A DNA stretch of 63,928 bases, counting the filler, from Reticulomyxa filosa (Eukaryota > Protista > Foraminifera), in assembly GCA_000512085.1 (NCBI GenBank). It is 18 parts of 18 records of this genome, joined end to end, with 100 filler letters (N's around TTAATTAATTAA, not from the genome) between each part and the next. Parts side by side here need not be neighbours in the genome. Positions count along the whole stretch, not along the records: positions 50,861 to 53,529 come from ASPP01007665.1; positions 53,630 to 55,515 come from ASPP01002571.1; positions 55,616 to 60,451 come from ASPP01000516.1; positions 60,552 to 61,682 come from ASPP01049936.1; positions 61,783 to 62,815 come from ASPP01018575.1; positions 62,916 to 63,928 come from ASPP01036103.1; 12 more parts are not named here. One strand, given 5' to 3'. Made by a program: the position numbers and the translations under genes. Every line of letters starts with the position of its first letter. Position 1 is the stretch's first letter. The notes beneath the pieces were generated by a model. That model was given only the letters and a program-made list of their open reading frames with translations. It ran no database searches and was not told the origin of the DNA. Below, piece by piece: positions 50,861-63,017 of this stretch.

Positions 50861-52419
50861 CTACCGCCAAATTTATTCACGCGACATCCTTTCACAGCAA
50901 CGACTTGGTTGTGCAATCGATTTTCATCATATAGCTCAGCACTGGTGTCCCACAAGGTAAGCTCGATCTTTCCAGTCGGGTCGACCAAGGTGATGGTGCG
51001 TCTTTTCACCTCCTTTTGTTTGTTCTGAGTGTTGACACTAGTTACGGACCCAACTGATTCTACACAGCCAATGACATCGATGAATTCTCCAAATTGAACA
51101 TCCAAAATGCTGCCAATTTGAATAAATTTAAACTTTTGTTTTTCAATTTGGCTGTCTTCACGGCAGAGCTCAACCTCCGTTTCCTCATTCATTATTATGC
51201 TAAAGTCGTTTTTGATATGCGTAAAGCCCTTCTTTGCCAATGACACCTTGCCTTTGCTGATCAAATACACACCGTCTTTGTTGAAAATTGGGTACAGCGA
51301 ATCGACTGTTTCATTGAAAGCAGTGGCACGAATCTATAATAATAAATAAATAAATTAATTTTTTTAAACTTTAAAAAAAAGGGGGAGGGGGAGGGGACGG
51401 AAAAAAAAAATTCAATTTACAAACCTCCCCACCGTCTTTGTCCAACAAGTCCACAGAAAACACTTTGCCTTCAGAATTATCCTTTTTGTAAAAGCGAATA
51501 GGGTCCTTCGCTGTGCATCTCACTTTAATTCGCCAATTGCTTTGATATGGATTCAGTGATGACACTGGCTGATAGTAGTCCACATTCCTTGGCGAGCTGC
51601 TACTAAACAAATGTCATTCCAACATTTCCTTTGCTTTGATTGATAATTTGAAGGAAACAAACAAAAATAAATAAATAAGTAAATAACGTGTAAGATCTGT
51701 GTTGTTGACTGTTGGCATTTGGTGCAACTCTTTGAGGACTTTTGAATTGATTCGAGGAAGGAGATGGCTTCTAAATTTTTGTTTGTTATTTGATTTTTTT
51801 TTTTTTTTTTCTCCATGCCGCAACCAATCAAAAAATGCATTGAAGAACAGAACGGGAACAAGCACTTTGTTGGAACAGAAAAGAAAACATGGACAAAAGA
51901 AGAAAAAAATTAACCTCTGAAACGGTGACAGATTCAATCAAACTAGGGTTCCCGATTTGTTCTTGGCGGTTTCCCAGTACTTCACATCGGATCACGATAC
52001 AGATTCTGTTGGTTGCCATTACACGTACACATTTGCAAATACGAAAACATGAAACAATTTTTTTTTTTTTAAAATTAAACTTTTTGCCGTTGACAACGTT
52101 GCATACATATTCCGTCACTTTTATCACGGCCCATTTGTCCAATTGTTTGTTTGTTGCCAAATGTGAGATTTGGGTGGCCAGCATCCCTTGCATGTAGTTA
52201 ACCCCGTCAGATAAGATCAATCTGTTCCAATTCAACCGTCTCTCCTTTTTTCACATTTTTTTGTTTTTTGTTTTCCTAATTTTTGTTGTCGCACCTGTAT
52301 CTGTCAACTGAATTCGTAGTCGAGATCCTTCGGCAATCAAGCAATTGCAAAGTTGGTTGCAAACTGGTATCATTTGCTTGTATTTTTGAGATGGCGCCAG
52401 TGGTCAGACGAAAACTCAT
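50861..52419 (-). CDS. RPA1: Replication protein A 70-kDa subunit (multi-exon, 3' truncated)
   Basis: MSFRLTTGAI, LILSDG..YMQGMLATQ, PVSSLNPYQSNWRIKVRCTAK, GKVFSVDLLD..GEIRATAFNE, FIDVIG, IELTLW, VVAVKGCRVNKFGG. Confidence 0.96.
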
Positions 52420-52842
52420 TATTTGATAAGTTAGAATACTTCCTTCGATAGTTTGAAGGGGGGTTTTAAAAACTCTGTTCCAAAAAATTTCCGTTTCAGG
52501 AAACAAAAAGGAACAGGGTCTGCAAAAACAAGAAAGTTGTGAAAATAGCTTGCAAAAAAAAGTCAGTATTGTCAATTTACTGAAAATACTCACAATTTTT
52601 TTCAGAAAAAAACTAAAAAACAGGAACTCGATTGTACTAAGCAAATAATGTCCAAGTCGTTGTATGAAAAATATTTATGTTTCTCATTACATAATGCATT
52701 AAAAAATAAAAATTCGGTAGTTTTTGATATCTATTGTAAAATTATACTCTGTGGCCACGTAAACTTTAAATAAACGCTCAATAAAGTTGATCCTACACGC
52801 TTTTTTTAAAGAAAAAACTCTAGTAAGACACACCACTGGGTT

Positions 52843-53410
52843 ATGTTCTGGTTGATCCAGAAAAGACGTTGTAGCCCCTTTCAATTTCATCAATTTTTCT
52901 TGGAACACTGTCTGTTTACAAATGCATTCCAAGTTAAGACTACAAAGTCTGGTTGGTCAACCAGCAAGGTGTTTGTGTAGAAGATTTTCAAGCTTGAACC
53001 TGAGCCCCTTGCAACAGCCCAACAAACGGTTATCAGACCAGCAAAAACAAGTGCAATGGAAATTGCAGAAAACATAAAAAAAATACTCCATGACAATAAA
53101 GACAAAAATAGCAGGGCTTACATTCTTGGAGCAGCACTTACGTGCCATTGTCGTGAACTAGACAAATTGAAGGGCCAAAAAAGTGTGTTAGATGATCCCT
53201 TTAGCGTACCTATCATAACCACACTGCGCCAAAGCGCGGACAATGAACACTACGTCTTCTCCAACCATAGTTTGCAAGGTCCATTATGGAATGCTGGATC
53301 GTATATCGAACCATTTCGATCTCTTTACATCGACGAAGCGCTTGCACAATGGCTTAACAAGCATTCTCCAACCAAACCCAAATTGCATATTGTCGAATTG
53401 GGTAAGATTG
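52843..53410 (+). CDS. SAM-dependent methyltransferase of the LCM/TcmP-like family, N-terminal part
   Basis: AALTCHCRE...VLDDPF...RSLYIDEALAQWL...HIVELG matches the AR.E..DP / R...ID..L / xVxLG pattern; putative first exon from ATG 52843 with a 48-nt in-frame intron 52933..52980. Confidence 0.6.
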
Positions 53411-53496
53411 TTTCAAAACAGGCAAAAGGGCTAGCACAAAAAAATATATAATATGCATGTAAACATATGAAAACATATCAGATTCAAAAAAATGTG

Positions 53497-53529
<33 letters not shown>

Positions 53530-53629
53530 NNNNNNNNNNNNNNNNNNNNNNNNNNNNNNNNNNNNNNNNNNNNTTAATTAATTAANNNNNNNNNNNNNNN
53601 NNNNNNNNNNNNNNNNNNNNNNNNNNNNN

Positions 53630-53706
53630 TTACTTACAAACCTGTTGGACACGGAAGACCAGGCTTGGGTAGCACTGGCTCTGCCAAATTTATTCCTTTG
53701 AAATAG
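53630..53706 (+). CDS. RPS15: 40S ribosomal protein S15 (uS19), C-terminal fragment
   Basis: TYKPVGHGRPGLGSTGSAKFIPLK* matches the conserved eukaryotic S15 C-terminus (TYKPVKHGRPGIGAT..SRFIPLK). Confidence 0.92.
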
Positions 53707-54322
53707 ACAAAACAAAAAAAATCCTTATTTTTGTTTGTTTTTTTTTTATTGGAATCATTTTAACGCGAATTGTTGTGTATTTTTGAGTTAAACAACTTGC
53801 GAAAAACCGCTCAAGTTTGTTTTTTTTTTTTTGAATAACAAACATTTGTTAGAACAATAATGATACAAATATTGCATAAGATAACATAAAGAAAAACAAA
53901 TAGTAATTTTTCCTTGTTGTGAACTAACTAAGTCCTGTTCTAATTAATATTTCTCGGTGTTGTTTCCTTTTTTCCAAAAAAAAGGCAATACGTAATCAAT
54001 CAATGGAAGAGAGCTACACACTTAACTCAAAAAGTTGAATTCAAATTTTTTTATTTAAATTAGGAAGAGATGGGCACATGAAGCCATTGTCTTGCAAGTT
54101 TGATTTAGAAGAGAAAAAAAAAACAACAAGAGCAAACTAAACACAATTTACGATGTAAAATTGATTTGTTTTCCAAAAATAAAAAATAAAAAAACAAATT
54201 CACAGTATTGCTGTTTAAGGTTACTCTTTCGAAGCACATTTTATTTATTTTTTTTTACGTATTTTATGCCATTGTAATACTTTGCTACCATTCATTCATA
54301 TCAATTCTTTAACGGGGCAAAA

Positions 54323-54807
54323 TTACAGTGATCGACCCCCTAATTGCTCTATCATTGCGTCTATTTGAATGCCATTGGTTGCTTCATCTTCTGTTAGCTC
54401 ATCCATTTTTATTACCTACTTGCAACACACATGGGCATATTATCAGTAAAATATTACCCATAATTAGATTCCCTTTTACTCAAAAAAAAAAAAAGAATAA
54501 CAATTTGTTCATTTAATTGCTTTTTTTTCTTCTTCCCTTACACACTTTGGTAACTTACATCTTGGATTAATGGCATCGCTTCTGTTCGAATTTGTTCCCC
54601 ATCATACAGAAACCTCAACACACTTCTGCTTTGTCCAGCATGATTTGAATAGGCATCAAACACTTTATTCCATTCTGTTGTTGGTTTTACTCGCACTGTC
54701 AATGTCTCTGTGTGCCGATTTTGGCTTGTTATTTTTAGTATTACTTTTTTCGCGCTAGGTTGCTCTGTTCCTTTTGAGTTCGAATCAGTCCTAGTTTCCT
54801 TCGACAT
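54323..54807 (-). CDS. SUMO: SUMO-like ubiquitin-fold modifier, two exons (54559..54807 and 54323..54415), 113 aa
   Basis: VKPTT..NKVFDAY...LRFLYDGEQI; exon 2 gives IQIDAMIEQLGG-RSL* (di-Gly plus propeptide); GTAAGT...TAG intron. Confidence 0.88.
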
Positions 54808-55615
54808 TTTGCAATTAAGAGAATTTTACTTGTTCTTGCTTTGTTTATTACACCTTGAATACACTTTTACAAAAATAATTGATGAAAAAGTGGCTCCTGC
54901 AAAATTTTCATATTTTTTTTTCCATGTTGTCCCCTTGTTTTGGTTTCTCGCAACACTTAAAATAATAAAGTATATTGTATGTGATTTTGATAATAGTATT
55001 TTTTTACAAACCAATTTTATTTTATTTGATCAATATTTTTTGCTTTAGTATATTCGACTGAGCACGTGATATCAAACACTACAATTTTTTCTTATCCAAG
55101 CTAATTCAAGGAATTAAAGAAATATTCCAACAAATTTTGTGAAAGAATTTAACTTAAAAATTGACATTGCTAAAACTATCAAAAAGAATTGTGTGGAAAG
55201 TGCTGAATTGAACACATCGAAAAAAAGAGAAGATAATAGACAACGAAAGTATTCTCTTGTCAATATATTATTTCTCAATCACATCAAATCACTAACAACA
55301 AAATCCCGCTATTAATAGTGGGTCTCTTTTGTTTTTTAAAAATAATTAATTATTATTTTTTAAAAAATTGAGAAAATGTTGGCGCGTTAGCGCAATTTCT
55401 AAATAAATAGAAAGTGGAAAAAGAAGAAAATAAATATTTTCTTCTATAATATAAGCGTGTAATCGCTTGAACGGGAAAAAGTTTTCCCCGCAAACTTTTC
55501 TTTTTTTTTTTTTTTNNNNNNNNNNNNNNNNNNNNNNNNNNNNNNNNNNNNNNNNNNNNTTAATTAATTAANNNNNNNNNNNNNNNNNNNNNNNNNNNNN
55601 NNNNNNNNNNNNNNN

Positions 55616-56140
55616 ATTTTGATGATGATTATGATAATGATATGATGAAAATTTCACACAATACACATTGTCTGAATGTCCATTGAATGATTGAATTTGT
55701 TTGTTGTTATCAATATCCCATACACGAACTGTGCTATCATTTGATCCAGAACAAATGAGTTGATCACAATCAAATGTTGAATAATCAATACTATGCAACC
55801 AATCGGTATGCCCAGTAAATGTATTGATTAATTTGGATGACGAACAAAATGCGTCAAACATGAAGAAAGTAGATACCTATGTTAAATAAATATTGCTATA
55901 TTTTGATTGATACAAATAAAAAAAATAAATTAGCTAACATAATTGAGAATAAATGTATCAAAATATTTTATCCATCCTAGTTTGATGTGTAATGTTCGAA
56001 TCCAATGATGAATAATTATTTGAATCTCTTCTTCTTTTGACTGTTTCAATTACATATAACAACGACAAATAAAATAAATAATAAAATTTAAAGATAAGTT
56101 GGACTAAACTTTCATTGATAAGTTTGAGTTCATTCTTGTA
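55616..56140 (-). CDS. WD40-repeat gene, 5' part (cut by contig end)
   Basis: Linker exon 55939..56040 SKEEEIQIIIHHWIRTLHIKLGWIKYFDTFILNY, then FTGHTDWLHSIDYS...CSGSNDSTVRVWD. Confidence 0.85.
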
Positions 56141-57624
56141 ATTTGTTTTAGTTTTCTCTTGAGATGATCTTTGATGATGTAAGATGAAAAAAATGTTTGA
56201 ACTTTTGTTTATAAAATGAAATTTCGGGTTGGTCAATGTACTTTGTTTTTATTTAATAAATGAAAGAAAAGTGTTACATTTTGTAAAATATTTACAATAT
56301 AAAGAGTAGATTTCAACTTTGACTTCTTTATTCAAAAGAAAATACGAAATAAGAAATTTTGCTTGTAAGAATACATTTATACAATTCAAGATCTTTGTTA
56401 ATTAGTTTTTGCCTTTTAAGAATTGTTTTGATTAAAATGAAATTTGTTCAAATAAAATTAAAAAAAAAATATATCGAGATTCATAATTGTTGACTTACAT
56501 ATACAGAATAAGTTATTTTTTTTTTATTTCGCAGTTGAAAGATATTGCATTTAAGACTCTTCCAATTATAGCACTAATTTTTTTTCATTTATTTTTTAAA
56601 ATAAAAAATCTTTTTTGTTTTTTTAGTTTCATTTTAACTCAAAGTCTGCTTCAAGAATTTCTGTTATGCTTTCTAAGTAAAAATATTCAAAAGTTATAAT
56701 AATTCCATTGATCGTTTCTTTAACTTTATTTGTTTATTTTTTTTTCATTTCGTTTAAGGTTTTTTTTTGAAGTGACAAGTAGTGATCAATTCGTCACAAG
56801 AAACCTTGTAGTTAAAGCTTGCGTTTTTTAAACTAATTTACATATGTATATATTTTTATACATAAAAAACAATTGTTGCAGGTGGTGAAATCTGGATCAC
56901 TGTTTGATAGCAATTTTTTGTTATCAGAAAAAGGAGGAGATGCACGAGCTTATTACAAGTAATTGACAAAGTGAATGGTTTGATTGCAAAAGTTGGAAGA
57001 CAGTTGTGATAACATAATGGGGTTTATGACAACGAATAGCATTGGAGGAAAAACAATGAGAGTATCTACAATATTTGTCAAAGGAATCTGCATATTACAA
57101 AAACCTGATTTGAGTAATGTGAATTGATTGACCGCAAGTGATGTCATCTGGCAAAACCTCTGTTCAAATGTAAATGAATTATGAATTGCATTGTTAAATT
57201 GTTTCAATTAACTTTGAAAGATAGTTATTGTTGAATATGAAATTTGTATAGGTGGATCTTCTGGAAAATATTCAATACAATTTACTATTTCTTGTTCATT
57301 TTTATTTTCGTAAAAGACAACTCTTTGTTGTTTTACATTTTGAATAAAATTGGTTTTTATGATTTTATTCCATCGAATCAAAATAATATCAATTTCACTC
57401 ATGATAATTGAATTGGAATTTATCCATGATTGTTTTTGCAAACAGTCGTGAACACCTTCTTTATCTTCTACTGATGTATATTGATTCAAAATTTTTGAAA
57501 AAACTGTTTTAGGTTCCAATTTGCACGTACTAAGCTTTTTGATTTTGATTCTAATCGATATTTGAATTGGCAAGACAAAGTAAAAGATAGACTAATAAAT
57601 ATGTTTTTTTCAAAGTTTATTTCA

Positions 57625-58817
57625 TCTACTGTATTTCATAATGATTTTATCAAAATCATCGATCCATCCTAATTTTATCTTTAAAATTCGAATCCAATAT
57701 TCAATAATAGATGTGATTTCATTTTTCGACTGTTTATAATTTATTATTTGTCAATCAGTTCTATACAATAGAATATATTTGTGTTTCATCAAAATAAATA
57801 AATAAGTAAATAAATCATTACTAATTGTGAAACATCCCATATACGTAATTTAGCCTTCATGTGAGTTGATAATATTGTATTTTTATCATCTCTTCCTCCA
57901 ATGATGTGTATATCATTGTCTTCTTCATTCAATACTGCAACACAGTTTTCTAATGGACTGGGTAAATTGTTTTCAAATGTCATCCATTTGTTTTCTCGAA
58001 TTAAATACTTGTGCACTGATTTTGAAACTCCATCGAAACTCCATCCACCAAAGAACAAGATGGCATTATTGATACACACATATGCATATCTATTTAATGA
58101 CGCAATATCATCACAAACAGGCAGTTCATGAAATTGAAAAGTAGTGTTATCTTCATCATATTCAATTGATAATCCTGTACAATTACAAAATAGCATCATT
58201 TGATTTTGTTTATTTGTTTTCACCATTTCTTGCCACTTTCCATTTTCTGGATTTGATACAAAGCAATGATCACGAATAAAATTAGTCGATAGTCTACTAT
58301 GTTTAATAGATTGAAATGTATTTAAATCAAACACGCTAATATTATTTTTATAATAAGTAATAAATAATAAGTGATTGTTGCTTCCACCAATCACTGCACG
58401 CGCTCCTCGATAATCACAGTGATGTCCAATGATAATTGGATTGTTATCATTGTTTGTGAATTTAGTCCATTTATTGTAATTGTTGAATTCATTTGATTTG
58501 TTTGATATATTACTCCAAACACTTGCATATTTCATCACCAATGTATGTTCAAATGCTCCACCAAAAGATAACAAAGTGATTTGATTTCTGTCTTTGTTAT
58601 TGTTATTTACCAGTTTCACTACACAGTGTCCATATAATTTAACATGACTTGGATACTCACAGATCAACTTATATTCGTTTTTGAGTGTATGATAAGAATA
58701 ACAAGCTCTTTGTTTATAACCTCCACAAATGAGGAGTTCGTGTTTATGTATCACACATTGAGATTCATCGAGTGGAGTGGGCAACTCCTTCAAAGTTTGA
58801 AAGATTTGGTTACTCAT
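57625..58817 (-). CDS. Kelch-like beta-propeller protein ending in the linker exon
   Basis: ORF 57789..58817 (LICGG, LLSFGG, VIGG, ILFFGG, IHIIGG); intron after WDVSQL; last exon from 57729 SKNEITSIIEYWIRILKIKLGWIDDFDKIIMKYSR*. Confidence 0.9.
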
Positions 58818-60264
58818 GTTGTTAATATTAAGGAATTATGAAGTTGTTAGATTTTTTAAAAAGGGAAGATGAAAAAAGCACTCCATTAAAATAAAATAAA
58901 AACTAAAATTTTTTTGAATTAGAAAAATAAAGCTGATTTTCTTATTAAAAAAGTTCAATGTTGATTTTATCATATAATGTACTTTTAATAAATTTATTGT
59001 GATTTTTTTGTGTTATATCTACTCTTTTTAATGCAACAATAATAAAAAACAAATTAAAACTGATAATAATAAATTTATAAGTGAAAATTAAAGGCTGTAA
59101 CTCTTTACTCTTTGTTTTTTCATTGATTAATTCTTTAAGATTTCTTATGAACGAGTCGATGCGACAATGAACAAGCTATATTGACTTTGCAGCGATGACA
59201 CAACTGGTTGAGAAAAGAGCAATGTCAATCCCAACAAATGTTATCGTTGCAAATGCAAGGAGTTTAAACAAACTAAATTTAAAACAAAATTAAAAATTGC
59301 ATAATATGAAGTACTAATTAACCTTTTTTGTGAAAATCATATTCATGTTTTGATTGTTCATTTACCGTTTCACTTATTCTATATCTTTCGATGTTCGCTT
59401 TTTTTTTCTGGTATGCCAACTTGTTGAATTAAATCTATGTCTTATGATGAATTTGTGATCGAATCAATACTAATTCAGCATTTTAATTTCTTCATCCTTG
59501 ATTTAAATGTCTTTTTTCAATTTCTCTGGAAAGCATATTATTTTTTTGTTTTATGTGTAAATGTTTTTTTCTTGATTTTTAATTACTTCAATAATTTCTT
59601 GAAAGGAATCCAAAGTTTCATTTCATCTGTTTTATTATGTTAGATTCGCTTCTAAAGTATTCTGTGAGCTCAAATGCTTTACGGAATTGCTTGCATCCTT
59701 TACTTAAGCATATGCAGTACGTAGGCTGGTTTGTATACACAATAGATCGGTCGAATATGCTGTTGTTCATTGATTCCTAATTTTGCGTACATTGTATTCC
59801 AAAAGTAATTTTTTGCAATGATATTTTAGTTTTAATTATATCATGCATTCTATCTATATGACAAAGGCAACATACAATATGACCTCCGCAGTTACATATT
59901 ACTGGAGTGATTACATTTACGTAGATATTTTTTAAAAAAATTAGGTTTAAATGTTTATTTTTCATGAAGAAAATCGCTTATATTCACATAGGTGCCATTT
60001 AGGTATGGTAAATCTAAAAACATTATATGCTTTTTAAAATAGCCTTACTCATGCCATTATATGATATAATTTTATTATAATGCTTTGAATTCTTTAAAAA
60101 AAATTCAACGAAGCTGTTTCAATTTTTTAAACAACAAAGTAAGATAGAACACATCTTCGATGCTTACATTCAATCAAATCAAATAAGTTTAATATCATCT
60201 TACTTTTCTTTTAATTAAACTTTTCAAATAAAAACACTTTCATTTTTTGTTCAACAAAAAGTCA

Positions 60265-60451
60265 ATTACTCCCAAATACGAATGTGACCTTTGCGTGAGC
60301 CATAACATACATTCAAATCATATGTAGTATTCTCTTTCTTTTTCAATAAAATAAATTTAAGACAAGTTATTCCATTATCTTCTTTATAATCTCCTTTGAT
60401 CATATGTAATTCACTCTTATTTGATCGAATATCCCAAAAACGAATTGTATT
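60265..60451 (-). pseudogene. WD40-family C-terminal end or remnant
   Basis: NTIRFWDIRSNKSELHMIKG...NGITCLKFI...NVCYGS..GHIRIW. Confidence 0.7.
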
Positions 60452-60551
60452 NNNNNNNNNNNNNNNNNNNNNNNNNNNNNNNNNNNNNNNNNNNNTTAAT
60501 TAATTAANNNNNNNNNNNNNNNNNNNNNNNNNNNNNNNNNNNNNNNNNNNN

Positions 60552-60960
60552 CAACGTTTACACTTAATGACTACGATTAGTCCACTTATCGCCAAAGCAT
60601 ATGTTCCAACAGCGCCAAACGACGTCCAAGAAAGTATCAACTATTATTTTAAGCCAGTAGACTGATTTGTGAAGTTTAACAAGTTCGAGCCAGCTGAGAA
60701 TAAGTACATTCCATTTTGCTGAACTATCATGGCGACATCAAGCAAAGAGGCTGACACAATAGTCCAAAGTTGCATTAATTGAATGACGACAGACTGATTT
60801 CAAGATTGGGATGAATGAGGTCCCAGCAGTAACTTTGAAATTCGACGATATCGGGGCAGTAAAAACGCTGTGATTGTTACCAACACTGGCGTTCCCGAGT
60901 ATTTAGCAAACGTATAGCATAAAATATGATTGATGATTCACAAGGGCGTTTGTGCATTAA
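60552..60960 (+). pseudogene. Divergent alpha-tubulin (foraminiferal type-2-like) pseudogene fragment
   Basis: Across frameshifts: RLHLMTT.SPLI...FKPVD*FVKF.KFEP.ENKY...NYHGD..KEA...DFKIGMNEVP...NTGV.RVFSKRI..KYD.M...RAFVH*, colinear with alpha-tubulin PRIHF / KYMA..YRGD / GFKxGIN / KFDLM..KRAFVHW. Confidence 0.75.
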
Positions 60961-62512
60961 AGTGTATGCAAAAGCAAAATGTAGAATAAATTTTTTTTTT
61001 TATCTACGTGACAAAAAAAAATGGTTCATTTGGATTTCTTTTTTTGAAATTTTATTTGAGTAATTGAGGATAACTCTTGCCTCGTGAAAACTTTGCATTT
61101 TTTGCAAACGGATAAATCATGCAATTTTTAAAAGTTTTTGTCCAGTTTTGGATTTTTAACAAAATTTATACATTATATTTTAAAAAAACGTTTAGAATTT
61201 TGATTATCGTTTCACTGTTTGTGTATTTTCAAAATCTTCGAAATGAAGAATAGCAATAACTTCCAATTTTTCAAAAAAGTCAAGAGTTGGATGAAGGGCG
61301 TGTCAAACTATAATTCATACTAGCGTTTTTACACACCAAAAAATTAAACACAAAATTAAATCAAGTAGATCAGTGTATTGACTGTTGACCCCGAAACTGG
61401 AAAAGAAAGCGAAATCAAGAATGATGGACGATAATGAATAGAAAAATGTTGTTGATTGTGATAAACAGCAAAGTATCAACCAAGAAAAATAGAATGTGGA
61501 GAAATATATCCAGCGCAAAAATGTTATATAGTACCCAATGAAAGGAGGTTCCAATGTTTGTACCTTTGAAACACAATCTGGCGAATCATATGTGGAAATT
61601 TGAAGAAAATATATAATAACTAAGAAATTGTCAAGGATGCAGTCAACGATTGTGATGATTCAACCAAAGTACCTAATAAATANNNNNNNNNNNNNNNNNN
61701 NNNNNNNNNNNNNNNNNNNNNNNNNNTTAATTAATTAANNNNNNNNNNNNNNNNNNNNNNNNNNNNNNNNNNNNNNNNNNNNTTTTCAAATCAAATTGTT
61801 GAGGACAAATTACTAATAATTCAGATAAGGATTTTCTCACAATTTTATTTTGCGAAAATTCGCAATAATCATGTTGTTAAATTGGACATTTTCCATTATT
61901 CTGTTTTAAATAATTTTGTAAGCATTGTTCTCCAACCAAATAAACTTGATCTACATTTTCATGCTTATCACAATGTAATTCCATTGCATTATTAACAATT
62001 TGATTACAAATGCAACAAATTATGTATCAAGTTTTTGTGAGTCATTTGTCAATGAAAGCCAAGCTTTATTGTGACAATCAGAAAAAGAAAAGCTTATTTT
62101 TTTATTTTTTTTGCTTTCTTCTTCTTTTTCTTCTTCTTGTTCTCTTATTTCTGCTTCAACTAACAACATTAGTTTTATTTTTTTTTCACTCTAAAAACTT
62201 TTTGAAAAAGGGTTTTGATGGATGAACTTCAAACAAAGACTCTGTATTGCGTGAATAAAGATTGCTTAGCAGCAAATGTAAGACTTTCATATCGATTTTA
62301 AAATCATCACATTGACATCTACGAATATATCTTACAAATGTCCTGATTGTGAATCAAATCGATTATCAAAGTGATATCTTTTAATTTGTGATATTCAATT
62401 TATGCAAATAATGGGTCATCACATGAAAATGATTAATGATGTTATTTATGAATGGATTGATATGAAAGATATTAAAAAAAAATAACATGCAGAAATTGGA
62501 ATATTAAAATTG

Positions 62513-62815
62513 TACAATTATCCAAAAAAAAAACAATATATTACCATTTGGTTAAATCACTTTTTGCATTGTATAATGCTTGTATTTTTTCCAGCATTGA
62601 TTTTGTTAAGTTTGTGCATGCTTCTTTGTCATATTTTCGCTTTAGTTCAGGTTTGGAGAATTTGTAGTGAAATTCAATACTTGATATCATTTTGTCCAAA
62701 CCAGCCTTTTGCTGTAATTTTTGTGTGGCTAGTGGCATTATCTTGCTGAAATATCCAATTTTCATTATCTTCTAAACACCAATTTAATGCTTTCTGACTA
62801 TTTCACCACCTAAAA
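62513..62815 (-). mobile_element. Tc1/mariner DDE transposase C-terminal relic with a candidate right TIR
   Basis: WIFQQDNATSHTKITAKGWF...NSPNLN...CTNLTKSMLEKIQALYNAKSDLTKW*; TA followed by CAATTATCCAAAAAAA at 62513 just past the stop. Confidence 0.8.
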
Positions 62816-62915
62816 NNNNNNNNNNNNNNNNNNNNNNNNNNNNNNNNNNNNNNNNNNNNTTAATTAATTAANNNNNNNNNNNNNNNNNNNNNNNNNNNNN
62901 NNNNNNNNNNNNNNN

Positions 62916-63017
62916 CTTCCATATTCGAAAGCGCTTCCATATTCGAAAGTACTTCTTCCATATTCGAAAGTACTTCCATATTCGGAAGCACTTCTTCCAT
63001 ATTCGAAAGCACTTCCG
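62916..63017 (+). repeat. Five tandem 18/21-bp units (CTTCCATATTCGAAAG..) encoding SIFES(T/A)
   Basis: Direct repeats at the contig start, in frame with the downstream ORF. Confidence 0.9.

Noticed and set aside
9178-62915. Regularly recurring TTAATTAATTAA flanked by Ns, resembling a repeat array or CRISPR
   Set aside because: Artificial six-frame-stop linker joining contigs; ORFs ending in X...LIN are artefacts, and neighbourhoods across spacers are meaningless.
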